A DNA stretch of 64,000 bases, taken from the NCBI GenBank assembly GCA_030621085.1, contig JAUXIJ010000001.1, positions 9,809 to 73,808 on the forward strand. Direction: 5' to 3'. Below the pieces are notes generated by a model that saw only the letters and a program-made list of their open reading frames with translations, was not told where the DNA came from and searched no databases. The position numbers and the translations under genes are program-made. Positions 28,691 to 37,939 of the stretch are shown here, in pieces (the stretch's first letter is position 1; the number at the start of each line of letters is the position of its first letter). This DNA comes from Candidatus Cloacimonadota bacterium (lineage in GTDB: Bacteria > Cloacimonadota > Cloacimonadia > Cloacimonadales > TCS61).

Positions 28691-29512
28691 CTATTTATTC
28701 TTCTTAATTGATATAAGTTCAATATCATCACAAGTTACTTTCATTTGTACCTTCCAGAACTTGCTTTCTCCCTGGAAGATAACATAGCTATCTTCCATTT
28801 TAACAACGCTATATTTTGTTTTAATATAAGAATTATCAGAAGATAATTGATGTTTAGGAATCCATCCATTTATTAACCCTTTAAAACTTTTGCCTCCACC
28901 TCCATGTGTTTTGGGTGTTTTGTAATATGCTTTGCTAGAAGCAGCAAGATTCATAAGTGTTCCTGTGATTTCAAGCTTATTTGCTTTCTTTGTCGATATT
29001 AATTTATCATCTAATTTTACTAATTCAGAAAATGTTAATGGTTCCGAATTATATAAGAGGATTTTCTGTACATTCAATTCCAGGCTTTTTGCAAGTTTTG
29101 TTTTGGGATAATCTATTAAAATCGTTTTTATTTTCAGCACTGCTTTAGCTGAGATACTATCTTCATTTGTTGAATTACTCAATAAACCGCAGGCTTCATC
29201 AAATAAAATTTGAGCTTTCTTATTTTTTATTAAATCCTTATCTAACTCCAAAATTTCATAATATGTCAGAAATCCATGATCATTAACGAAAAATTTCTTT
29301 TCCCCTGATTCAATACTTTTAGTTAGTTTTGAATCTGGGAATTGTGATAAAATAATATTTAGTTTAGTAATCGCTTCTTTGGATAAGCTATCAATGTTGG
29401 CGTGCTCTTTAAACATTGTTACCGCTTCGTCAAAAAGAATTTCTTCTTCTTTTTGTTTATTGGAACAACTTACAAACAATATCAACGAAACTATAAGAAT
29501 TAAATTTTTCAT
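28691..29512 (-). CDS. Hypothetical lipoprotein with an internal ~80-aa duplication
   Basis: Lipobox LFVSC|SNK and an AGGAGA RBS. Two homologous segments both begin ILFDEA... and end ...L..LD..LI..KKA. Confidence 0.6.
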   Translation of the reverse strand: MKNLILIVSLILFVSCSNKQKEEEILFDEAVTMFKEHANIDSLSKEAITKLNIILSQFPDSKLTKSIESGEKKFFVNDHGFLTYYEILELDKDLIKNKKAQILFDEACGLLSNSTNEDSISAKAVLKIKTILIDYPKTKLAKSLELNVQKILLYNSEPLTFSELVKLDDKLISTKKANKLEITGTLMNLAASSKAYYKTPKTHGGGGKSFKGLINGWIPKHQLSSDNSYIKTKYSVVKMEDSYVIFQGESKFWKVQMKVTCDDIELISIKKNK

Positions 29513-29540
29513 ATTCTCGTCTCCTATGATTCTTTTTATT

Positions 29541-29604
29541 TTCCCGCAGGAAGCAGAATCTTGTTACTATTAACGAAAATTATACTGGAGTTGGTGATTC
29601 ACAT
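29541..29604 (-). pseudogene. Fossil 5' end of a NUDIX hydrolase gene (about 64 nt)
   Basis: The minus strand reads ATG TGA ATC ACC AAC TCC AGT ATA ATT TTC GTT AAT AGT AAC AAG ATT CTG CTT CC. It aligns to the start of the intact NUDIX gene (28614-28679), including a 15-nt exact core ACGAAAATTATACTG (plus strand). Codon 2 is a stop. Confidence 0.6.
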
Positions 29605-29620
29605 TTTCAAAAAAAAGAAG

Positions 29621-29649
29621 AAAGACTCTCCGGTCCGAAGAGTCTTTTT
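29621..29649. terminator. Bidirectional hairpin terminator (copy B of the repeated hairpin)
   Basis: AAAGACTCTCCGGTCCGAAGAGTCTTTTT: a 9-bp stem plus 2 further pairs, flanked by an A-run and a T-run. It lies downstream of the minus-strand Bor-like gene. Confidence 0.6.
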
Positions 29650-29670
29650 ATCAAACCATTCTTTCCGGTT

Positions 29671-29961
29671 TTACTTAGTAACCGTAACGGTTCTTGAATA
29701 AACAGTAATACAGCTGGTAAACATATTCAAGATAATATCCAATGCACCCTGTTCTGTTTTGATCTCGTAATCTGTAGCATTGCCCGATATTGAATTTGTG
29801 TCAACTTCATTCAGAGGTACAAGCCCGAATAGAGCGTACCATTGACGGGTTTCAAAAGTCTGACTGCCTTGCGCACCATTGCCAACGGTGTGGATATGAG
29901 TTGCACATCCCACCAGACCTAAGAGTGTAACAAGCATGATGATAATTGTAATTTTTTTCAT
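29671..29961 (-). CDS. Bor/Iss-family lipoprotein
   Basis: Lipobox LGLVGC|ATH. The size (96 aa) and the pattern Y.LFGL.P....D...G...Y.I.TE......F....V..RTV.V resemble the lambda Bor family. TAATG overlap with the upstream gene. Confidence 0.6.
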   Translation of the reverse strand: MKKITIIIMLVTLLGLVGCATHIHTVGNGAQGSQTFETRQWYALFGLVPLNEVDTNSISGNATDYEIKTEQGALDIILNMFTSCITVYSRTVTVTK

Positions 29962-30566
29962 TAGTTTTCTCTCCTTTTATTTTTTATAAGTGTTCCTATC
30001 GAAGATTCGATCGTTCTTATATTGTGTTCGTAAAACTGTGATGGTACTATATAATCCAGCAGGAAGATATGCTCATCATCAGAAATGCAGATCAACTTGA
30101 TAGTTACCTGGTCGTCCTGCACATGGATAAGCTGACGGATATTGAATCCATTATGCAGATAGGATGCTTCTGTAATAGAACCTTGGATATCACCCGCATA
30201 AAGTTCTGTAAGATAAGTATCTCTGATCTTTACTGCCGGCATTGTTTTTTGAAAAGTAGATAAAAAGCAAATGCAGGAATTCTTCTGATTTAAAAAAACA
30301 TTTTGCAGTATGATGTCTACAGATGAGGTGTCTTCCATTTCCTGCAAAGACTGTTCGATAGATACCATCAGATCAGAGCTTATCTGATTCCACTCTTTAG
30401 GAGGGTAGAAGGAAATACCAATTTCTGTGTTCGTGTATTGCTCTCCGATAAGCAGGCTGTCTACATTGAAAATTAGTGTTTTAAGTTCTTCTTTCTTCTT
30501 ATCTTTTGTGCAGTTAAGCAGAGCCATAGAGATTAAAACAATGAGCAAAATCTTAAATAATTTCAT
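29961..30566 (-). CDS. Hypothetical lipoprotein
   Basis: Signal/lipobox MALLNC|TKD. No family recognised. Confidence 0.5.
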   Translation of the reverse strand: MKLFKILLIVLISMALLNCTKDKKKEELKTLIFNVDSLLIGEQYTNTEIGISFYPPKEWNQISSDLMVSIEQSLQEMEDTSSVDIILQNVFLNQKNSCICFLSTFQKTMPAVKIRDTYLTELYAGDIQGSITEASYLHNGFNIRQLIHVQDDQVTIKLICISDDEHIFLLDYIVPSQFYEHNIRTIESSIGTLIKNKRREN

Positions 30567-30612
30567 TTTCTATTTTTTCCGAACTCTTAAATTAATAAAG
30601 AAAAACACTTTT

Positions 30613-30990
30613 TTAATGCTCGATCTCTGTATATTCGGAAGAATCAAAAGCAAGGATAGGGAAGAAAATAATTGGAATAAAAAGCATTCCAATAGCAAAG
30701 CCACTGCTTTTCCCAAACGCTTTTGCTATATCAAATAATATGATAATAGCAATGACAATGTTCACAACGGGTATCAGCATAAGAAATATCCACCAGATCG
30801 GACGGCAGGCAATCTGCAACTTCAAAATAAAATCATAGATTAGGACAATACAACCCCAACCGGGTTTTCCTGCTTTCACATAGATCTTCCAATAAACGAT
30901 AATAAAAAAAATGATCAGAGCGAAATAAAAAATCCAGAAAACAATACCTAATCCAGCAACAGATTCCGCAGAATATGCATTATCATACAT
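30613..30990 (-). CDS. DUF5684-family small membrane protein
   Basis: KAGKPGWGCIVLIYDFILKLQIACRPIWWIFLMLIPVVNIV...AKAFGKSSGFAIGMLFIPIIFFPILAF matches the characteristic DUF5684 pattern. GGAGGT RBS. Confidence 0.7.
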   Translation of the reverse strand: MYDNAYSAESVAGLGIVFWIFYFALIIFFIIVYWKIYVKAGKPGWGCIVLIYDFILKLQIACRPIWWIFLMLIPVVNIVIAIIILFDIAKAFGKSSGFAIGMLFIPIIFFPILAFDSSEYTEIEH

Positions 30991-31107
30991 AATTTACCTC
31001 CACTTTTCTATTAATTTAAAACAAAGGTTTAATATGTTTCAAGTCAAGAATTTTCTGTTTACAAAGAAATCTGAACCCGGCAGTTGCCAAAGTTTCACCT
31101 GATTTTG

Positions 31108-34100
31108 TTATTTATCCATGACTATCATCTTTGGTCTCGTAACCCCAGCTCTTATCTGGGTATGACCATTAATGTAGATCATATTTCCATCATGTTCTTT
31201 GAAGAATTTATTGTAATCTTTATCCATTTCAAAGTTGCCGAAACCTTCCGTTATTATCAGCGGGAAGGGGATGTTTTCATTGCCGGTGAGAGCCACGCCG
31301 ATATCTTCGCCGATGAATTCTACCAGGTCTTTGTTGTCGATGGAAGCTGCGATCACTCCTTTAACTTTTTTCTTTTCTGCTTTTTTCAGGAAGGGAATAT
31401 CGATTTTGGCAGGGATAATAACGATATCTTCTTTTCCGCATTTCCTGATATTCTTAACGTTTTCCAGATATTTTATTTTTCCCCAGCTTTCCGACCCGAA
31501 TCCGATGATACCCATCAGGGTGGAACCTTCATAGGAAATTATGACAGAAAGTTCAGGTTCGATCTCTGTGATTTTTCCGTTTATTCCTGCAAAACGATAA
31601 TATGGATCTTTATCATATTGAATAGTTACCGTACCGTTTTCCGTATCGATCTTCTTTATGGTTCCCGTGGTGGGAGCAGAAACTATCATAGGGAAGCCGG
31701 AGCCCTGCACATCGATTATTTTGGAAGCCACCGACTCTCCCGCATAGACAAAATCATTCAGGCTTTTTTTCATGTAACGGGTTATCATTTTGGGTTTGAT
31801 GTTCAGTTTTTTAGCAACATTCAACGTTACAGGTTTTGTGGAATAATCCTGGATCTCCCGCATAATAATGGTACCGGAATCGAAATTTATCTTTTCCACT
31901 CTGCCCCGCACCGGTGAATCAAAATAATAATGTTGGAACTGTATCTCCTTCAGGAAAGTTTTATCCCCGATCTCCGCGATGCGCTGTCCGTATTTTACCT
32001 CTTCGCCTTCTTTGATCCTGATCGATTTTTCGATATTATCCGGATTCAGATGCAGGTAGGTTTTATCGAAGAGCGAGATCACATAAACCCGGGGCGGGTC
32101 ATACATGTTTTCACCAATGATAGTATCCGGTGTTACAGTATCTCCTTTTTTTACCAGAATATTTCCTTTATAAGGAAGTTCTACTTTGTGGGTCTGCTTT
32201 CCTTTTTTGATCGGTTTCTTATTGATGAAAGCCATGAAATCCGCTTCGAGTTCCTGGGGAGATGAGTCGAATTTGTAAAGATCCAGTTTTTCATTTTCAG
32301 CTTTGAAGTCTAACTGCACACTGGCATCAATGAAGATGGGAAGTTCGGTAGAAAAATTGAAATTCTGATTATCTTCGTTTATGTAAAATCCTTTTTCGAG
32401 GAAGATAGAAACATTCCTTTCCTTTCCGGTTTCATTGGGAAAATAACGAATGTCGTTTACTTTGATAATTTCCGGGTTTTCATCAATTCTAATTTTCATC
32501 ACAGTAACTTTTTCTTTCCACTTTTTGCCTATGGGACGTATTACCAGTCCGAGTTTTTCAAAGCACTCTTCTCTAAGCAGTCGGGAGGCAAGGTTTTCAT
32601 CGACAGCACTGAGCTTCCCCAAATGAGGAGAGATGAAATGTTTATCTTTCCAGATCTCGGTAATGCCTTCCGGTTTAAACCCATCGTAAATAATAGCCAG
32701 TGCCTGCCGGTTGTTATCGGTGTGTGCCAGAACACCACCGGAACCGATGAGGATGTTAATGTCATACATATGAAATTTCCTGCTTTCCAGAGTCTTTTCA
32801 AAATAGAATGTTTCTGCAATTTTATCCAGATCACGATGTTTTTGTGCTAATTTATCCAGAAATCCGATCTGCTTTGTATTGAAATTCATCTCCATGTGTT
32901 GCTTTTTGGACATTAATATCGCTTCGCGTGCCAGGGCATGTTCGATAACATTCTGGTATTGATCGGTGGGATTATAAGTAGGATAGAGCATTTTATTGGC
33001 AATATAGTTAAGGATATAATTTTCTTCGAAATTATCCGGCAGCCATTTTTTTATATTTTCAAAATCGGCATCTTTGAGAACGTTCGAGATACTGTAGCTC
33101 ATGCCGTAGTTGGCACTCACAGTACGGAAATATTCTCCCAGAATATTGGAAAAAATATCGGTGGTAGCTCCTCCAATATCGACGCTCATCACGTTCTCAT
33201 CGAGTTGCTCGCTTACCAATTGCAATGAGCGGATCACGCCGGTGGGAGTAGGAATAATATCATCGGCTACGCGGGTTTTGAGTCTGGCATAACCGGGAGC
33301 CTGTTCCATCACGTTCTCCATGAAAAGCTTATGGATCTTTTCACGAGCCGGCTGCAGATTCTCATCGGTCAGGGTGGGGCGGAGATTGGGAACGATGTAA
33401 AGATCGAATTTCTTCTGGAACAATCCAGCCACAAACAGTTGAGCATCTTTATTTCCTGCAAAGACGAGTGGTATCTCATCCTTATCACCGAATTTCGGCT
33501 TAGGGTTTGCCAGTTGCAGTATTTCACCCAACCTTAAAATGGAAGCAATTGCACCACCATCCACACCACCGCACATTAGTATAATATCCGGGTGCAGAAT
33601 AGCCATTGCCGTCATCTGTTCAAGGCTGCTGCGTTTATCATCGATGGCAAAAGTATCCAGGATAACTCCGCCGGCACCGTAGGCAGTACGCTTACCGCTG
33701 CTGGCAGAATCGAATAAGGTGAGTCCGATGACCAGTATCTGCAAGCCGCCGCCAGCACTGGATGTGGAAATATAAAGTGTTTCCTCATTAAGCTGGAAAT
33801 TATCGGCAGAAGCATCGGGAGCAAAAAGCGAAACAGCAGCTTCTTTTTCCAATTTTCTTACTGCCTGAAAAACACCTATATTAACGTCTTCTGTTGGTTT
33901 TTCCACAGTTGTGGCAGCATGCTGCAGACCGGCGATTTTGTATTGAGAATCATCTTTTTGCAGCAGCAGTGCTTTGGTGGTCGTGCTGCCTACATCGGTG
34001 ATAATTATCTTCTTTTTGGAAAGCATCATTTTTTCTTTCTGAGCCCAGAAGGGAATTTTTGCCACGTTCTCCACTGCCATTTTTTCTGCTTCTTCTTCGG

Positions 34101-34281
34101 AAAGAGCCATCTGTCTGATCAGTTGTTCCTTGGTCTCTTTGATGATGTGAGAATATCTTTTCCGATAACCGAATTCATCTGTACAATCGCTACAATAATC
34201 ACTTCCGATCTCTCCTCCGGAAAAATCTTCGGCATTTTTCATCACTCTTCCGCAACTTTTACAGACATATACGTTTTTCAT
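31108..34281 (-). CDS. GlmL/MutL-family (ASKHA-fold, glutamate-mutase-L-like) protein with an N-terminal zinc ribbon and a ~430-aa C-terminal extension
   Basis: I chose the ATG at 34281 (GGGGGAGGG RBS). Zinc ribbon: CKSCG...CSDCTDEFG. GlmL-like blocks: IIITDVGSTTTKALL, STSSAGGGLQILV, LMCGGVDGG, SVDIGGATTDIFS, ILIGSGGVLAH. The C-terminal part has barrel-sandwich/lipoyl-like strands (VKKGDTVTPDTIIGEN, SPVRGRVEKI, APTTGTIKKID). Confidence 0.65.
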   Translation of the reverse strand: MKNVYVCKSCGRVMKNAEDFSGGEIGSDYCSDCTDEFGYRKRYSHIIKETKEQLIRQMALSEEEAEKMAVENVAKIPFWAQKEKMMLSKKKIIITDVGSTTTKALLLQKDDSQYKIAGLQHAATTVEKPTEDVNIGVFQAVRKLEKEAAVSLFAPDASADNFQLNEETLYISTSSAGGGLQILVIGLTLFDSASSGKRTAYGAGGVILDTFAIDDKRSSLEQMTAMAILHPDIILMCGGVDGGAIASILRLGEILQLANPKPKFGDKDEIPLVFAGNKDAQLFVAGLFQKKFDLYIVPNLRPTLTDENLQPAREKIHKLFMENVMEQAPGYARLKTRVADDIIPTPTGVIRSLQLVSEQLDENVMSVDIGGATTDIFSNILGEYFRTVSANYGMSYSISNVLKDADFENIKKWLPDNFEENYILNYIANKMLYPTYNPTDQYQNVIEHALAREAILMSKKQHMEMNFNTKQIGFLDKLAQKHRDLDKIAETFYFEKTLESRKFHMYDINILIGSGGVLAHTDNNRQALAIIYDGFKPEGITEIWKDKHFISPHLGKLSAVDENLASRLLREECFEKLGLVIRPIGKKWKEKVTVMKIRIDENPEIIKVNDIRYFPNETGKERNVSIFLEKGFYINEDNQNFNFSTELPIFIDASVQLDFKAENEKLDLYKFDSSPQELEADFMAFINKKPIKKGKQTHKVELPYKGNILVKKGDTVTPDTIIGENMYDPPRVYVISLFDKTYLHLNPDNIEKSIRIKEGEEVKYGQRIAEIGDKTFLKEIQFQHYYFDSPVRGRVEKINFDSGTIIMREIQDYSTKPVTLNVAKKLNIKPKMITRYMKKSLNDFVYAGESVASKIIDVQGSGFPMIVSAPTTGTIKKIDTENGTVTIQYDKDPYYRFAGINGKITEIEPELSVIISYEGSTLMGIIGFGSESWGKIKYLENVKNIRKCGKEDIVIIPAKIDIPFLKKAEKKKVKGVIAASIDNKDLVEFIGEDIGVALTGNENIPFPLIITEGFGNFEMDKDYNKFFKEHDGNMIYINGHTQIRAGVTRPKMIVMDK

Positions 34282-34302
34282 TTTTCCCTCCCCCAAAAAG
34301 GA

Positions 34303-36408
34303 TTATTCTTCAGGAATTTTCATTCCGAGCATATTCATCAAAAAAGCCCAGGTATCTGCAGTTCTTTCAATTTGCATCGAGAGAGTTGTACCGCCGCCAT
34401 GACCGGAATCTTTTTCTAATAAAAGCAGAATCGGTTCTACATTTGGATTTGCGTTCTGCATTCGGGCAACCATCTTACGGGAATGAAACGGATCAACACG
34501 AGCATCATTCTCTCCCGCTGAAATAATGATAGCCGGATAGTTTGTATCATCTACTATATTGTGATACGGTGAATATTTATAGAGATATTTGAATTGTTCA
34601 GGATTATCAGCGCTTCCATATTCATCTATCCAATATCTGGCAGGACCGAACTTATGATAGCGGATCATATCGAGAAGAGGAACTGCACAATTTACTACTT
34701 TGAATAATTCGGGTCTTTGAACCGTTACAGCTCCCACCAGAAGACCTCCGTTACTTCCGCCTGAAATCGCCAGTTTTTCTGGATTTGTATATTCATTTTC
34801 AATCAGCCATTTAGCAGCAGCAATAAAGTCATCAAACACATTTTGCTTATTTTCCTTCATTCCTGCTTCATGCCATTTTTCTCCATATTCCCCGCCTCCG
34901 CGCAGATTGGGAATTGCCAACATGCCTCCAGCTTCTAACCAGACAATACTCGTTGTTGAAAAAAAAGGAGTTTGTGAATAGTTGAATCCCCCATAACCGG
35001 AAAGTTTTACGGGATTGTTCCCATTTTTTTCCAAATCCTTTCTGTGAACAAGAAACATTGAAACCGGTGTTCCATCTTTGGAATGATACCAGACTTGCTC
35101 AGCAGTGAAATCCTCAACATCTATTTCCAATGGGAATTCTTTATAAATATCTAAATTATCATTTTGAAAATCATATTTGTAAGTAACACTTGGATAAGTA
35201 AACGAGGAAAAATTTACCCAGATATCATCTTGCGACCAATAACCACTGACATACCCGGTTCCGAGGGTTGGAAAAGATAGATCCCGGATATAATCACCTT
35301 CCAGAGAATATATTTTGATAACCGTGTAAGCGTTGTGCTGATATACTGCATAAACATGCCCGGCGATCGCATTGACATAATGGAGTTTATCTTTTTGTCC
35401 CAGCAAAAATTCCTGCCAGAATTCTCGCTGCGGATGATCAACATCCGTAATATACACTTTCCCGTTCGGAGCATCTTTATCTGTCTTTATCAGGATCTTA
35501 TCATCCACAATATCTACGAAATAAGAAGCGTCAAACCCGGTTGCGATCGGAATCAGTTCTTCCTCTCCAAAATGTTTGAAATAGATTTCATTCTTACGGA
35601 AAAATCCACGATAAAAAACAGTATATTTTCCACATTCGGAGATCCAGACACCATGATGCATTTCCTTTTTATCTTTACTGTAGTAAATTTTTTCATCTTC
35701 GTCTGCCGAAGTTCCCAGCTTGTGGAAGTAGATCGAACCCCAGTAATTTTCTTCTCCTGGGGGAACTTCTCCTTTTAAGGGACCAGCTGAATAATAGAAG
35801 CCAGAGTTATCCGGCAGCCAGGATGAAACATATTGCTTTCGACCTCTCAAAGTGTCCGGTAAAATTCTTTTTGTTTCAACTTCAATGATCCTGACGACAG
35901 GATTTTCATCTCCACCCACAGATTTTCCAAAAGCATAATACCTGCCATCACGAGAGGAACTTGTTCCATGTAACGATTCTTTCGGATCCCACAGATTTGG
36001 ATCAATTAAAACCTCAAATTCCGCATCTTCATTTTCTTTGGTAAGAATTCTCCATTTTTCATCGTCTTTGCGTTTCTCCCATAAAAAGATTCTCTCTCCA
36101 TTTAATACTTTGCTCGGTTTGCCGATATCGTCATAACGCCAAAGTTCATTGAATCTTTTTACCAGTTTTTTTCTCTGTGGAAGGCTATCCAGGATCGATC
36201 TTGTATATTTCTCCTGTTCTTCTTCCCATTTGATAACTTCGGGATTTTTTCCATGTTCCAGCCAACGGTAATTATCTGTAATAACGGTGCCGTGAAGTGT
36301 ATCTTTAACTGCTATTTTAGGAGTTTCGGGATATTGCATTTGAGCTGAAACCTCCTGGATGGGAAAAGTTAAAGATAATACTACAATAAGTAAGTGAATT
36401 TTTTTCAT
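34303..36408 (-). CDS. Prolyl oligopeptidase (S9A family), secreted/periplasmic
   Basis: I chose the ATG at 36408 (MKKIHLLIVVLSL... signal peptide). Catalytic Ser in ISGGSNGGLLVG, Asp in GENDARVDP, His in DSGHGGG. N-terminus DNYRWLE is typical of PEP. Confidence 0.9.
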   Translation of the reverse strand: MKKIHLLIVVLSLTFPIQEVSAQMQYPETPKIAVKDTLHGTVITDNYRWLEHGKNPEVIKWEEEQEKYTRSILDSLPQRKKLVKRFNELWRYDDIGKPSKVLNGERIFLWEKRKDDEKWRILTKENEDAEFEVLIDPNLWDPKESLHGTSSSRDGRYYAFGKSVGGDENPVVRIIEVETKRILPDTLRGRKQYVSSWLPDNSGFYYSAGPLKGEVPPGEENYWGSIYFHKLGTSADEDEKIYYSKDKKEMHHGVWISECGKYTVFYRGFFRKNEIYFKHFGEEELIPIATGFDASYFVDIVDDKILIKTDKDAPNGKVYITDVDHPQREFWQEFLLGQKDKLHYVNAIAGHVYAVYQHNAYTVIKIYSLEGDYIRDLSFPTLGTGYVSGYWSQDDIWVNFSSFTYPSVTYKYDFQNDNLDIYKEFPLEIDVEDFTAEQVWYHSKDGTPVSMFLVHRKDLEKNGNNPVKLSGYGGFNYSQTPFFSTTSIVWLEAGGMLAIPNLRGGGEYGEKWHEAGMKENKQNVFDDFIAAAKWLIENEYTNPEKLAISGGSNGGLLVGAVTVQRPELFKVVNCAVPLLDMIRYHKFGPARYWIDEYGSADNPEQFKYLYKYSPYHNIVDDTNYPAIIISAGENDARVDPFHSRKMVARMQNANPNVEPILLLLEKDSGHGGGTTLSMQIERTADTWAFLMNMLGMKIPEE

Positions 36409-36425
36409 GATTTTTTCCTTTATAA

Positions 36426-37229
36426 TTATTTTTTCAAACACCATTGTGCTGCTTTTTTCATCAGATCCCAATCCGAACCGTAATCATTAATTTTTTCTAC
36501 AGCCGGTGATCCATCCCGCTCGCTGTCTTCTTCAAATTCCGGATGAGTTCCGATGATAAATACTCTACCCATCCCGTATTCGAATGCCGCAATAGAGGGT
36601 TGATCGCTGATTTCGTATCTGCCTAAGATTTCTATTTCAGCACCTTCGTTTGGCAGGAACATCGGACCATAACAATAACATATCCAAGTTGTATCAGATT
36701 CGGGTTGAGTGATGGGATGAGATGTGTTAACTATATTTATTTTGCACATTTTACAGTTAGGAAAAGGAGCGATCTCATCGATAGGTCCCCGGGTTATTCC
36801 CGGAAATATCGCCAGAGAATTCATGGGCAGTTGATTTCCCTGCCAGAAGATTTTTTCGCCTGTAAAATATGCTCCCCCGCAGATTCCGATATAGCCTCCA
36901 CCGGTACGGATAAAATTCCTGATCTTTTCCAATCCTTCAGTAGAAATATTCTGTGAATATTGATACATATCGCCACCGGGGAAACAGATTATATTGTACT
37001 TTTCAAGAATAGTATTATTAACTGAATCTGCATCTATCAATGTAACGTCATAACCCATCCATTCGAACATTTTAGTTGTTGAAAGAACGCATCTTTTATC
37101 CGCACCTTTTTCGGAATAAAGAGCAATTTTGGGGATGCTGTTTCCGGTCTGTTGAAATTGACAAGCAGGGATAAACAGTAAAATAAACAAACTGATAATA
37201 TAGAATTTAAATAACTTTTGGTTTGGCAT
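36426..37229 (-). CDS. BPL_N / class-I glutamine-amidotransferase-like domain lipoprotein
   Basis: GGAGGA RBS. Lipobox LFIPAC|QF. Motif GGGYIGICGGAYF, typical of BPL_N (GATase1-like) proteins. Confidence 0.6.
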   Translation of the reverse strand: MPNQKLFKFYIISLFILLFIPACQFQQTGNSIPKIALYSEKGADKRCVLSTTKMFEWMGYDVTLIDADSVNNTILEKYNIICFPGGDMYQYSQNISTEGLEKIRNFIRTGGGYIGICGGAYFTGEKIFWQGNQLPMNSLAIFPGITRGPIDEIAPFPNCKMCKINIVNTSHPITQPESDTTWICYCYGPMFLPNEGAEIEILGRYEISDQPSIAAFEYGMGRVFIIGTHPEFEEDSERDGSPAVEKINDYGSDWDLMKKAAQWCLKK

Positions 37230-37245
37230 TTTTCCTCCGATTCTA

Positions 37246-37830
37246 TTAGGCAGGAAGCAAGAGATCTCTCAGTGTTTTTATTATTGAGGATTTAAATTTT
37301 TTGATCACACTTCCTTCTTTGATAAAGATCGGTTTCAAACTCAGGTAGTAGTTAATTGTTCCAAAAAGAAACATAACAACAGAAGTTACATCTACATCCC
37401 GATACCTTTTTTCCTTTATTCCCAGCTCGATCGTTTTGTGAAAATGACTGCGAATGATGGAATCACGGAAAAGAATTTTTCTCCTCAGTTCCTCGTTATA
37501 AAAAGGAAGCTCTCGTGCCAGTACCACAAAGAGTTCTTCCTCTTCCTGCAGGAGGTTCAGGTATTGAAGAAGTAGTTGTTCCAGGTCGACAGCTTTGGCT
37601 ATCATCTGCTGAATGGCTAGGTTGATCTCTTCAAGCTCTCTATCGAGTATAGCAACTATGAGGGCATCTTTGTTCTTAAAATGCAGGAAAAGTGTACCGT
37701 GTGCAATACCGGCTTTTTCGGAGATATCAGAAGTTGTTGTATTCAAAAAGCCTTTTTTCACGAACTCTGATTTGGCGATTTTCAGGATATGTTCCCGTGT
37801 TTTAAGCTTCTGTAACTGCCTTTTATTCAT
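37246..37830 (-). CDS. TetR/AcrR-family transcriptional regulator
   Basis: HTH: ILKIAKSEFVKKGFLNTTTSDISEKAGIAHGTLFLHFKNKDAL. I chose the ATG at 37830, 5 nt after GGGAG. Confidence 0.85.
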   Translation of the reverse strand: MNKRQLQKLKTREHILKIAKSEFVKKGFLNTTTSDISEKAGIAHGTLFLHFKNKDALIVAILDRELEEINLAIQQMIAKAVDLEQLLLQYLNLLQEEEELFVVLARELPFYNEELRRKILFRDSIIRSHFHKTIELGIKEKRYRDVDVTSVVMFLFGTINYYLSLKPIFIKEGSVIKKFKSSIIKTLRDLLLPA

Positions 37831-37939
37831 AGCAACTCCCATGTAAATGAGTACGCAGTCACCGAGTTTAAAGTCAGTGAAATATTGTCAAGGTTTTTTT
37901 GGTTTAGTAATGTTTTAGGCTAAAGGTTGCTTGAAAAAG

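Noticed and set aside
31084-31917. A 277-aa ORF on the plus strand, plus several other ORFs of 60-170 aa, antisense to the GlmL-like gene.
   Set aside because: The sequence is low-complexity and F/I/H-rich, with no RBS. It lies entirely inside a well-supported minus-strand CDS, so it is a typical shadow ORF.
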